In this document: piece after piece, positions 13,440 to 24,099 of the stretch
How positions within the stretch are numbered: the stretch's first letter is position 1
Layout of the letters: each line of letters starts with the position of its first letter
Assembly (NCBI RefSeq): GCF_001194135.2
Contig: NC_068981.1
Location: 63,680,443-63,720,344 of the forward strand
Length of the DNA stretch: 39,902 nt
Direction of reading: 5' to 3'
From: Octopus bimaculoides
Taxonomy: Eukaryota
The notes under the pieces: model-generated
Seen by the model: only the letters and a program-made list of their open reading frames with translations
What the model was told of the DNA's origin: nothing
The model's database searches: none
Program-made: the position numbers and the translations under genes

Positions 13440-13686
13440 AAGAAGAAGAAGAAGAAGAAGAAGAAGAAGAAAAAGAAGAAGAAGAAGAAGAAGAAGAAGA
13501 AGAAGAAGAAGAAGAATGAGAAGAAGAAGGAGAGAAACAACAATAACAACAATAAGAAGAATAATGATATTGATAATGATGATGATGATAATAGCAATGA
13601 TAAAAGATAAATAGATAAATAAATAAAAGATAAATGATAATAAACAAATAAAAATAATAATAATGATAATAATAATAATAACAATC

Positions 13687-13721
<35 letters not shown>

Positions 13722-13772
13722 CATGATAGTAGTAATAATAATAGTCATGATAATAACAATAATAATAAAAGA

Positions 13773-13829
<57 letters not shown>

Positions 13830-13850
13830 TGATGATGATGATGATGATGA
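13245..13850. repeat. Compound (AAT)n-(GAT)n-(AAT)n-(AAG)n-(AAT)n array
   Basis: Direct inspection. Confidence 0.96.
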
Positions 13851-14164
13851 AGGAACAAACAGGGTTATATTAAAAATTAAATATATAAGAGGCAACGAAT
13901 CATTGAAGTGGGAGACCAACACAAGAAGAAGAACGGGAAAAAAAAATCTGATAAACGCAAAGAAAAAAAAACACATTTAGAACGGCCATTAGCTATTTTC
14001 CCGATTTTGTATTTATTGGCGTTTTTATTTATTTTACGTATTTTTCTCTTTCCCATTTTTTCCCCTTTCACTAAAAGAAAACGAGTGGTTCTTGATCTAA
14101 GGAGCATGTCATCACCTTTGCATCAAGAATTAACATTTTATGATCGAATTAATCAATACATTGC

Positions 14165-14340
14165 CCCCCTCTCTCTCTCTGTATCTCCCTCCTTCTCTTC
14201 TCTCTCTTCCTCTCTCTAACACACACACACACACACATTCTCTCTAATTCCCTTTTTTTTCTTTTCCAAATATTCATTCTCCTTCATGTACGTAATGTTT
14301 TTCTCTCTTTCGTTCGTTATACTATCTATCTATTATCTAC

Positions 14341-14394
<54 letters not shown>

Positions 14395-14468
14395 GTCTGT
14401 CTATCTATCTATCTGTCTGTGTGTCTATCTATCATATATATATATGTATATGTTCATATATATATGTA

Positions 14469-14518
<50 letters not shown>

Positions 14519-14520
14519 TA
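14165..14520. repeat. (CT)n, (CA)n, (TATC)n and (TA)n microsatellite cluster
   Basis: Direct inspection. Confidence 0.9.
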
Positions 14521-15141
14521 TATGCCTATAAATATGCAAGCATACATGCACACTTACGCACATACACACAAATACACACGTACACACACTGACACAAAAA
14601 CACACACACACTCACATATTTATATTTATAACTAGCTACATATGCGTTTCTGAATATCCTTCGTCAAGCATGAATTGGCTAGGCGGCGGCTGATGTATCC
14701 ATTGTTTTTAAAGTTATATATTTTTTTGTACTTAAATCTGAAAGATATTATGTGTAAACTACATGCAACGGTATCAAGATGACTGGGATTTATGAATATT
14801 TAAAGTAGAAACTAGATTATAAGCAAGTGAGTGAGGGTGGCGGGGGGATAAGGCCATTGCATGTATGTCGTTTGTGAAGGTATAAGTATGTGCGCAATTA
14901 TGTCTGCCTGACCATGTTGTTTGTGTCTGTGATAAAAGTGAGAGCAGCGAGGGAAAAAGAATGGGGGAAGAGAAGATGGAGAATTTATGAGGGTGAGGGA
15001 GTGAGAGACAATGCGTTTCTGGTCATTGCATGTGTGTCACGTGATTGTTTTTGTTTTTTTACCTGTCTTTGCATGTTTGTATGTTTCTATATGTATATAT
15101 AGCGGAATAAGAGATATGGCGAGAAAGAGAGATAGATAGAA

Positions 15142-15182
<41 letters not shown>

Positions 15183-16120
15183 NNNNNNNNNNNNNNNNNN
15201 NNNNNNNNNNNNNNNNNNNNNNNNNNNNNNNNNNNNNNNNNNNNNNNNNNNNNNNNNNNNNNNNNNNNNNNNNNNNNNNNNNNNNNNNNNNNNNNNNNNN
15301 NNNNNNNNNNNNNNNNNNNNNNNNNNNNNNNNNNNNNNNNNNNNNNNNNNNNNNNNNNNNNNNNNNNNNNNNNNNNNNNNNNNNNNNNNNNNNNNNNNNN
15401 NNNNNNNNNNNNNNNNNNNNNNNNNNNNNNNNNNNNNNNNNNNNNNNNNNNNNNNNNNNNNNNNNNNNNNNNNNNNNNNNNNNNNNNNNNNNNNNNNNNN
15501 NNNNNNNNNNNNNNNNNNNNNNNNNNNNNNNNNNNNNNNNNNNNNNNNNNNNNNNNNNNNNNNNNNNNNNNNNNNNNNNNNNNNNNNNNNNNNNNNNNNN
15601 NNNNNNNNNNNNNNNNNNNNNNNNNNNNNNNNNNNNNNNNNNNNNNNNNNNNNNNNNNNNNNNNNNNNNNNNNNNNNNNNNNNNNNNNNNNNNNNNNNNN
15701 NNNNNNNNNNNNNNNNNNNNNNNNNNNNNNNNNNNNNNNNNNNNNNNNNNNNNNNNNNNNNNNNNNNNNNNNNNNNNNNNNNNNNNNNNNNNNNNNNNNN
15801 NNNNNNNNNNNNNNNNNNNNNNNNNNNNNNNNNNNNNNNNNNNNNNNNNNNNNNNNNNNNNNNNNNNNNNNNNNNNNNNNNNNNNNNNNNNNNNNNNNNN
15901 NNNNNNNNNNNNNNNNNNNNNNNNNNNNNNNNNNNNNNNNNNNNNNNNNNNNNNNNNNNNNNNNNNNNNNNNNNNNNNNNNNNNNNNNNNNNNNNNNNNN
16001 NNNNNNNNNNNNNNNNNNNNNNNNNNNNNNNNNNNNNNNNNNNNNNNNNNNNNNNNNNNNNNNNNNNNNNNNNNNNNNNNNNNNNNNNNNNNNNNNNNNN
16101 NNNNNNNNNNNNNNNNNNNN

Positions 16121-16292
16121 TATATATATATATATATCCATATACATACATATATATACGACGGCCTTCTTTCAGTTTCCGTCTACCAAATCTACTCACA
16201 AAGCTTCGATTGGCCTGAGGCTATAATAGAAGACTCTTGCTCAAAATGCCGAGCAATGGATTGAACTCAGACCCATGTAGTTGGGAAGCAAA
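16121..16292 (-). mobile_element. SINE family B, 5' half (3' half probably lost in gap 15183-16120)
   Basis: CGACGGCCTTCTTTCAGTTTCCGTCTACCAAATCTACTCACAAAGC..GAGGCTATAATAGAAGAC is the reverse complement of the family B body and abuts (TA)n at the gap edge. Confidence 0.85.
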
Positions 16293-16838
16293 TTCGAGAC
16301 TTTGTGCCTATATTAGAAAAAGCTAAATTTATTGTAGACTGAAATGAGTTACATATCTCTAATGAACAATTTTTATGTTGAGACTAATGAAATCAATCAC
16401 TTTTTCTTACTACAGAGAATAAAACATCAGCTATACTTATTTTCTTTTACTTATCTGAAAATCTCCATAAAATGTCTAGTCACTAACGTGGAAAAATCGT
16501 GAAAAGACTGAACTGGAAGGGATACTTTTACGAAAACAACTACTCGACCTCATTAAGATGCACATTCTGAATAAAAACCGAAATGCCACACCCCACAGTA
16601 AAGAATTTGGAAACAGGACTCCAAGACCGAACTACAGCATGATTTATAGAAAACCCCCATATACTTGCAATTTCCTATATTGATATTATAGCCACTAAGA
16701 ACTCTAACAAAATTTATATGTCTTGCAGGCGAAATGGAAGATCTCTGAGAACTAGATAAAGTCACTCACGTTAAGCATTTCTTCATCTATATCACACAAC
16801 AATCGACTCAAACACCTGTCGCATAATAGATCGAAACT

Positions 16839-16857
16839 CGTCGTATATATGTATATA

Positions 16858-16898
<41 letters not shown>

Positions 16899-17130
16899 AT
16901 GTGTGTATGTGTTTGTGTGTCTGTGTTTGTCCCCCCTCCCCCAACATCGCTTGACAACCGATGCTGGTGTGTTTACGTCCCCGTAACTTAGCGGTTCAGC
17001 AAAAGAGACCGATAGAATAAGTACTAGGCTTCCAAAGAATAAGTCCTGGGGTCGATTTGCTCGACTAAAGGCGGTGCTCCAGCATGGCCGCAGTCAGATG
17101 ACTGAAACAAGTAAAAGAGTAAAAGAGTAA
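16839..17130 (+). mobile_element. SINE family B, 5'-truncated just before the internal microsatellite
   Basis: CGTCG-(TA)n-(TG)n-TTTGTCCCCC..CGCTTGACAACCGATGCTGG..GTAAAAGAGTAAAAGAG; little decay. Confidence 0.92.
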
Positions 17131-17193
17131 TGTACTTCACCATGCCTATCTACCAATTATGGTATCCGCCAATTTTGTATACATACAAACATA

Positions 17194-17318
17194 CAGGGTG
17201 TCCACAAAGTCTGGGTACCTGGAGTAAATAAAATCATAACATAAACAATTAAATATAAGAAATAATAATTTCTTAAAGTATATGTTAATCCCATGTACCG
17301 AGACTTTGTGGACACCCT

Positions 17319-17319
<1 letters not shown>
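17194..17319. mobile_element. 126-bp Tc1/mariner-type MITE
   Basis: TIRs CAGGGTGTCCACAAAGTCTGGGTAC / GTACCGAGACTTTGTGGACACCCTG (one mismatch in 25 bp), TA on both flanks, AT-rich interior. Confidence 0.9.
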
Positions 17320-17389
<70 letters not shown>

Positions 17390-17404
17390 CGCGTGTGTGC
17401 GTGC

Positions 17405-17473
<69 letters not shown>

Positions 17474-17478
17474 TGTGT
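17320..17478. repeat. (TA)n-(TG)n-(GC)n-(TG)n compound microsatellite
   Basis: Direct inspection; begins at the MITE's TA target site. Confidence 0.95.
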
Positions 17479-17530
17479 ATCTGCACTAACCTAAGTACCC
17501 GGCGTTGCTCATCAACACATACTACTGTCC

Positions 17531-17739
17531 TTTTCTACTCTAGGCACAAGGCCTGAAATTTTTGGGGAGGAGGCCAGTCGATTAGATCGACCCAGTACGC
17601 AACTGGTACTTAATTTATCGACCTCAAAAGGATGAAAGGCAAAGTCGACCTCAGCGGAATTTGAACTCAGGACGTAGTGGCAGACGAAATACCGCTAAGT
17701 ATTTCGCCCGGCATGCTAAGGTTTCTGCCAGCTCGCCGC
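17531..17739 (-). mobile_element. SINE family A, full length, well conserved
   Basis: Reverse complement of head GCGGCGAGCTGGCAGAAACC..GAGTTCAAATTCCGC..core..GGCCTTGTGCCTAGAGTAGAAAA. Confidence 0.93.
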
Positions 17740-17837
17740 TCTCTATTATCACTTCCTCTACGACCTTCGCCAGTATCATCACAGCATTCATTGCCACCAC
17801 AACAATGACTCCACCATCACGAGACATTATTGATGTT

Positions 17838-17853
17838 GATTTTCATGATGATA

Positions 17854-17899
<46 letters not shown>

Positions 17900-18165
17900 C
17901 GATGACAATGATGGTGTTCATGATGACGATGATGATGATAATAATAATGATGACGATAATGACGATGATGATGATGACGACGATGATGATGATGACGATG
18001 ATGATGTTGACGATAATGATAATGATGTTGTTGATGATGATGATGTCGACGACGACGACGACGACGATGACGATGGTAATGAGGATGATGATGATGATGA
18101 TGGTGATGGTGATGGTGATGACGATGAAGACGATGATGACGACGACGTTGATGATAGTGATGGTA

Positions 18166-18210
<45 letters not shown>

Positions 18211-18237
18211 GTGGTGGTGATGATGGTGGTGGTGGTT

Positions 18238-18293
<56 letters not shown>

Positions 18294-18400
18294 GATGATG
18301 ATGGTGGTGATGATGGTGTTGATCATGATGATGATGATGATGATGATAGTGATGATGATGATGATGATGATGAGGATGATGGTGATGATGATGACGATGG

Positions 18401-18449
<49 letters not shown>

Positions 18450-18470
18450 GCTGTTGATGATGATTTTGAT
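17838..18470. repeat. About 630-bp (GAT)n-dominated trinucleotide array
   Basis: GAT with interspersed GAC/GGT/AAT triplets; explains the overlapping poly-D, poly-M and poly-I ORFs. Confidence 0.97.
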
Positions 18471-18619
18471 GGGGAGGAGAGGGGTAGTTTGATCATGACG
18501 TCGGTGATGGGTGTTAGCACTCTTGGAAACATTTATCAACTGCCGAGGACCACCCCTGCTGTTCCCCCCCTCCACAATCATCACCTCTAACATGACAGCG
18601 GTAAAAAAGACACGCAAGC

Positions 18620-18812
18620 CAACGTGGTCACTCAGAATGCTAGAAATAGTAACCAAATTTCCCCTCAAGTTACACCTTGCCTGCCGTCTTAGAAAATGAC
18701 ATGTTGGATAACGTTGTCCTGGGCACTCTGTACAATAAAAAGACGGAATGGTCACGGCTGGAATGCTTTTCATATGGCTGACTTGGGGCTAAAGAATAAG
18801 TGGCAACAACAA
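18620..18812 (+). mobile_element. Repeat family D (SINE-like, ends in (CAA)n-like tail)
   Basis: Homologous to the reverse complement of 22507-22700 (GCTAGAAATAG..CAAATT..CCTCAA..; TGGATAA..GTCC; GAATGGTCACGGCTGGAATG; GGGCTAA..GCAACAACAA). Confidence 0.7.
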
Positions 18813-18867
18813 GAAAAGCAACAATATTCTTTGTCACACCTTTTCCATGTCCTTTTCCCGGTTCTCC

Positions 18868-19030
18868 TCTTTCTTTCTTTCTTTGTTTCTTTCTTTATTT
18901 CTTTCTTTCTTTCTTTCTTTCTTTCTTTTTCTCTCTCTCCCCTCTCTCTGTTCTTTCACTCTCCTCCCGCCGTCCCTCCGTTCTTCCGTCCTTCCGTCCC
19001 TCCCTCCCCTCCCTCTCTCCCTCCCTCTTT
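18868..19030. repeat. Polypyrimidine tract, (TTTC)n/(CT)n/(CCT)n
   Basis: Direct inspection. Confidence 0.9.
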
Positions 19031-20444
19031 ATTTGTGCCGAAAGTAAAATAATCAAGTTGTCTGCGGCCCAGTTCATTATGACGATAATGGTGATGATGG
19101 TGGTGATAATGACGACGACGACAATGACGATGATGGTGATGATGATGGTGATGATGATGATGATGATGATGATTATGATGGTCACGATGATGTGGAGGGA
19201 AAGGAGGAGAATGCAGAGTAACGGGGAGGGAAGACAGAAGGACGTCTCACCATCAATTACAGCATTCATCAACACCACAACACCACACCGCCGCTACCAT
19301 CGTCACCACCACAACACAATGACAAGAACAGCTTCTCCCTCCCCGCTTCTCGCTGCCCCCCCCCACCATCACGTTTTCCTCATTCCCTCTTCCCCTTTTC
19401 TGTTACTATCTCTCACTCTTGCTCCCCTCTCTCTTTCCCTCTCTGTCTCGTTGCTGGTGCTGAAAGTCGTAAAAGCAAGATGTCTGCGACTTCATTCACT
19501 GACCAGTTAGATAGATAGATGAGTATATGCGTCAGTTTGACACTAAATACTGTTTTAAAACTAAGGTCGAAAGTTGCCCAGACGACTTGCCGGCAGACAC
19601 GGACCACCTACAGAGTTTTCATTTCTTTGTTTCTTTTTTTTTATCTTTCGTGTTTTAAAAATTTTTTTATTCATTTTATTAATATATTATTTTATTTCGT
19701 TTCGTCGTATTTTACTTTTTTAAAGAATGATATTAAGTATCCATTAGTTCTTGTTGGTCTTGATTGAGCAGAACTCTGATCAATGATAAGGATAGGGAAA
19801 AAAAAACCCATCAAGGAAGCGTTCTGCATGCTAAATACAAATGAGGTTGCGTCTGATGAATGTAATATAGTGAGTTGAAAAAAAAAATTGTTCTGTGGAA
19901 AATATCGAAGCTATTTAGTTGATAAATACCCATCTAGGGTCGAAAAAGTTTTAAGATAACAAGCAGGGGAGATAACTCCAGTAATGATAATTGACCATAA
20001 TTTTCGGACCATACCAACGATGCGTGTTGGAATAGCTCTGGTCTTTAAAGCAAAGTGATGAAAGCAACCGACATATTTTTGCCTTAGGAAGTATAGTATA
20101 TTTAGTTGGCCACACTAAGACTAGAAATGGTGTATAGTGAGGTTGATTAGAAATATTAACACTATAACTGAGGGAAAATACAAAAGGCAGATGGTAGTGT
20201 CTCAGATATGAATTATAAGTGTTTGGCTTAAGCTTTTAACTCCGTAAAGAGCAGAGTGTGCCTACGAGAGATCTTCATCTGCCTCGTTTCCTGGCGATGG
20301 ATTACTGCTGTTCTACAAGTGCTTCCGTTTCTCCATGTTGATTATGTTCTGCCATGCTTGTGTTTCTCTTGGAGCATCCATCAGAGAGCTTGCCACATAA
20401 TGTCAGAAACAGATTTCCGTAGAGTGTGCCTCAAGCAGTTATAA

Positions 20445-20705
20445 AGAACAAAGATTGGAAAAGCTACAGTTGATTTCAAGATGTTCATAGCTATTTGGAG
20501 ACCATAGAACTTATGAAGAAACACAAAATAAGGACCTTTAACATGAACGTGAAGACAGCTCTATTGTATGCAATGTGAAGCAAGGCGAACCACAAATTTC
20601 TCCATCGATAAACACCAAGCGTTTGGGAACAGTTGGCTCCGGAACATCATCACGAGCAAAACCTCTTGAAAACAGGCGGATCAGTAACCTATCGAAATAT
20701 AATAT
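20445..20705 (+). pseudogene. Decayed RTE-clade LINE reverse transcriptase, C-terminal fragment
   Basis: Frame-corrected translation KIGKATVDFKMFIAIWRP*NL*RNTK/IRTFNMNVKTALLYA...KHQAFGNSWLRNII..KQADQ*PIEI follows the RTE post-YADD pattern RIGKA..F..L..IW....S..TK.RIFNSNVKSVLLYG...LQ.F.N.CLR.I; contains stops and frameshifts. Confidence 0.75.
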
Positions 20706-21104
20706 AAGTGATTTTGAAAAACAAAAAAGGAAAAGAAAAAAATCATTCAGCTGCGATTATCCAAGAAAGGTTTCTTAGTGAAACTCATTGTGTCTTTTTG
20801 GCAAGAAGATAATTCCTAGTGTTTTGGGGAAAATATTGCATTATCGCAACACATTCCAGTCCAAGATATTTCATAACACAAAAAAATTAAAGATGGTAGA
20901 ATTTGATTACAGCCTTACTAAGTCAGGGCTGATATGAGGCTAAACAACGACATGTATAGTTTTGTAAGAATATAAAGTAAGAATTGAATTATTATTTTAA
21001 GAAGGTAACTAAAAGTTATTACATTGTTATACATTTCATACAAGCATTAACATTTGGAGCAAAAGTTTCCACTATGCGGTCAAGATTGGGCACCAACAAT
21101 CTTG

Positions 21105-21405
21105 AATTTAGTCGAGCAAATTGACTTAAGTGCAAACATGTTATTTATTCTACCGGTCAAATGGTCGAACCGCTAAGTAACAGTGACATAAGCAAACCAA
21201 TACTGGTTGTCAAGCTGAAGAGAGACAAACACAAAAGAAACACATACGCATACATACACCCACATATACACAACGAGCTTCTGTCATAAGGCATTGATCA
21301 ACACTGGTCTATTGTAGAAGACACTTGCCCAAAGTTCGCACAGTGAGATTGAACTGGAAGCCCTGTGATTGCAAGGCGAATTTATTAACCTTACAGCTAT
21401 GCCTG
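21105..21405 (-). mobile_element. Old SINE family B copy with internal deletions
   Basis: GTCGAGCAAATTGAC..TTATTCTACCGGTC..GAACCGCTAAGT..GGTTGTCAAGC..(CA-rich)..TAGAAGACACTTGCCCAA..GAACTGG. Confidence 0.8.
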
Positions 21406-21737
21406 AACCTTGTTTAAAGTTTTAAAAATTATCTCAGTTTTCTTAAACAGCAATTTGTGAACCCTCTTCCGAATTCTCATACTCCACTTTCTAAAAAACT
21501 AAAATCAAACAAAGGTTTACGTACAATAGCCCTGTGTTTTTGCTGATAGTTAAAGCTACTGCTTTGAATTTGCCCAGGGTTATCTCCCTTCGGTTTTACT
21601 CATTGAAGAAGACTTAAGAGCTAGAAACGCGGGTCTCGGAATCCGTTAGAGTGTAGCATAGGGTTGATGTGTTTTTACACCTTTTAAAATAAAAGAATTC
21701 TTTATCCACAGTATCTGTAGTGAACTTGCTTTTAGAA

Positions 21738-22249
21738 CAATGTTTCTCAACCGGGGTCCATATAAGATTTTGTTGTTAAAATTGATGCAATAAATTAGTT
21801 ATATTTCTACACATGTCCGGTAACTCCCCTGTCATCAATTCACTGATTGGGAAATTCACAGTCATCAATTCACCGCAATGAATTTGAATTAGGTTTTCCT
21901 TTTTTTCAATAAAATAGTTTTTAACTATTAATGATGAGATATTATGGATATATTTTCTCGGTAAACTTTCTTCGCGGCGACTTTTCCTCGCAGCGAACTT
22001 TTTTCACAGTGAATTGATGGCGGTGAACTTTCCTGCAATGGATTGATGGTGGGGAACTTATCTGTAATCATTTCTACATAAGATATTCTAACAATTTTTT
22101 AAAATACAATTCTTAATAATATTTAATTATAAAAATATAATAGGATCTTTTAAACATCAAAATGTCTATGAGGGTCCACCCGAATAAAATTGGTATTCTA
22201 GGGTGTTCAGAGGCAAAAAAAAAAAAGAAACAATCGTTGAGAATCGCTG
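21738..22249. mobile_element. hAT (Charlie-like) MITE
   Basis: Ends CAATGTTTCTCAAC ... GTTGAGAATCGCTG (reverse complement CAGCGATTCTCAAC). Flanking 8-mers TTTTAGAA / CTATAGAA (6/8) resemble the Charlie NTCTAGAN target. Confidence 0.75.
21812..22069. mobile_element. Nested long-TIR element with 9-bp TSD (Mutator/foldback-like MITE)
   Basis: Exact ATTTCTACA at 21803-21811 and 22070-22078. About 65-bp imperfect inverted arms built from subrepeats CATCAATTCAC / GTGAATTGATG. Confidence 0.75.
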
Positions 22250-22506
22250 CTATAGAAGTTAAAATATGTCACAAACATGTTTTAGCTAATCTAAACGTTC
22301 GTCTATTCCTAATCACTGCTTTTCGCTGATGCTGCTATTTTTAGTATATTATGAATATTCATAAATTAACCAAGATCATTGCTGTAACTGAGATGAAATG
22401 GATCCATCAGAAGATTACCTAAAAACTGGTAGCGGTTTTACTGAAGTAAGCCAAAATCTTACATCCTGCTGTACGCCACTTGGGCATCAATGAAATATAA
22501 TCTTCA

Positions 22507-22700
22507 TTGTTGTTGCTTAGACCCATATCGAGCAGATGTATAATCAAAGACGTTTCAATCATGAGCATCCTGCCTCTTTTGAATACATCTTGGACATTAT
22601 TATCCAAAGTGCTCCGTAATGTTCTTAAGGCTGTAGAACAGGATTTGAGAGAAACATGGCTGCTAATTCTAGCACGTCGAATGACCAGGTGCAAGTTCCC
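22507..22700 (-). mobile_element. Repeat family D
   Basis: Reverse-complement homology to 18620-18812. Confidence 0.7.
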
Positions 22701-23628
22701 TCATTGGTTTGCTTAAATATTGATTTATTGGGTAAGCACCAAATAATAAGGTTTTGAAAAACATTGTGCTGATGGTGCTGATGCCAGTGCTGGTGTTGGA
22801 AGGTGCGGAAGCGATCCCAATTGACAAGGAAAACCAAGTCGCAGAATAATAAACAGGTTCCCTCCCCAATTGCACATTCACCCCTCACCGTCGCCAATAA
22901 CCATGCTGCGTCGGCAAAATATATAAATTTGATGATATTTTCAAAGTATTAAAGACGTGTTTTACGATTTTTATTGCTGTTTAGTCTGCAGCAATCGTCT
23001 CCTTGAGTGTCATGTTGATGACACAAACACGATATAGAATATGGAATATGTTATTATTTTTATTAATAAAAATAATAACAGCAACAATAACATTCATTCA
23101 AACATAATACGTACAAATAAATCATACGATAAAAACATTTTTTTCCTAATGCAGAAAAGGAAGTGAATTTCGAACACAAATCCTGTAATATGTGAAATTA
23201 TGTATTAAAATCACATGGAACTTAATTATAAGAGGGGAGACACAATACCGAAAAGATAGTTTATTTTCGAATCACAGTTCGAAGACACGTACACAGATGT
23301 TCTGGGATGCATATCAGTGATGTTTCTGGGGCTTTAGGGGGTTTCGTGTCTTTCAACATTAAACTTCTAAGCCCAGCTGATCCAGCCGGAGTCACTGAAA
23401 TCCTAACTTACATTCCTGTTGTAACGAATTGTCGGTCGATGACCGAAACAAGTAAAAGATTAAAAAATGCTCTCCTGGAATCATACCTTGTAATTTATTC
23501 ACACTTTTTCAACATTTAAAAAGTAAGGAATATTATATAAGAGCATCCGGGTTTTGTCTCGCCAAGATTAATCTGCTTTCATCTTTTCAGTGGATAGGGC
23601 GGTAGATTATCGGTCAAGAAAAGGATAT

Positions 23629-23723
23629 CGGTAGAAATGTTAGAGTCCCAGCGAGATATACCTTGCACTATTTATTCTAGTTATTTGCATCCTGAGATCA
23701 AATTCCGGCTAGGGAATCTAATC
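23629..23723 (+). mobile_element. Highly decayed family-A-like SINE head, interrupted by the family C insertion
   Basis: GGTAGAAATGTTAGAG..CCTGAGATCAAATTCCGGC resembles GGCAGAAACGTTAGC..TCTGAGTTCAAATTCCGCC. Confidence 0.45.
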
Positions 23724-24099
23724 GTTGTTGTTGTTGGCACTCCGTCGGTTACAACGTCGAGGGTTCCAGTTGATCCAATCAACGGAACAGCCTGCTCGTG
23801 AAATTAACGTGCAAGTGGCTGAGCACTCCACAGATACGTGTACCCTTAACGTAGTTCTCGAGGATATTCAGCGTGACACAGTGTGACAAGGCTGGCCCTT
23901 TGAATTACAGGTACAACAGAAAGAGGAAGAAAGAGTGAGAGAAAGTTGTGGTGAAAGAGTACAGCAGGGTTCGTCACCATCCCCTGCCGGAGCCTCGTGG
24001 AGCTTTATGTGTTTTCGCTCAATAAACACTCACAACGCGCGGTCTGGGAATCGAAACCGCGAGTCCGCTGCCCTGACTACTGGGCCATTGCGCCTCCAC
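23724..24099 (-). mobile_element. Young tRNA-derived SINE family C with (CAA)n tail, 13-bp TSD
   Basis: Minus-strand head TGGAGGCGCAATGGCCCAGTAG..GGTTTCGATTCC; tail GGAGTGCC(AAC)n; exact TSD AGGGAATCTAATC at 23711-23723 and 24100-24112; near-identical copy at 39580. Confidence 0.93.

Noticed and set aside
11578-13976. Poly-M, poly-D, poly-H, poly-I and poly-R ORFs
   Set aside because: All are translations of trinucleotide microsatellites.
17661-18590. 309-aa Asp-rich ORF resembling an acidic biomineralisation protein
   Set aside because: It is a (GAT)n array, open in several frames on both strands. Its N-terminus is translated SINE A antisense; no signal peptide or splice support.
22507-22716. 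ORF segment ILPLLNTSWTLLSKVLRNVLK resembling the non-LTR RT motif ISLLNT.YKLLSK.L.NRLK
   Set aside because: The DNA is a copy of repeat family D (homologous to 18620-18812); neighbouring RT motifs are absent, so the match is probably chance.
22772-22849. Signal-peptide-like micro-ORF MVLMPVLVLEGAEAIPIDKENQVAE
   Set aside because: Only 25 codons, hydrophobicity comes from a degenerate GCT/GAT/GGT repeat, and no splice or promoter support.
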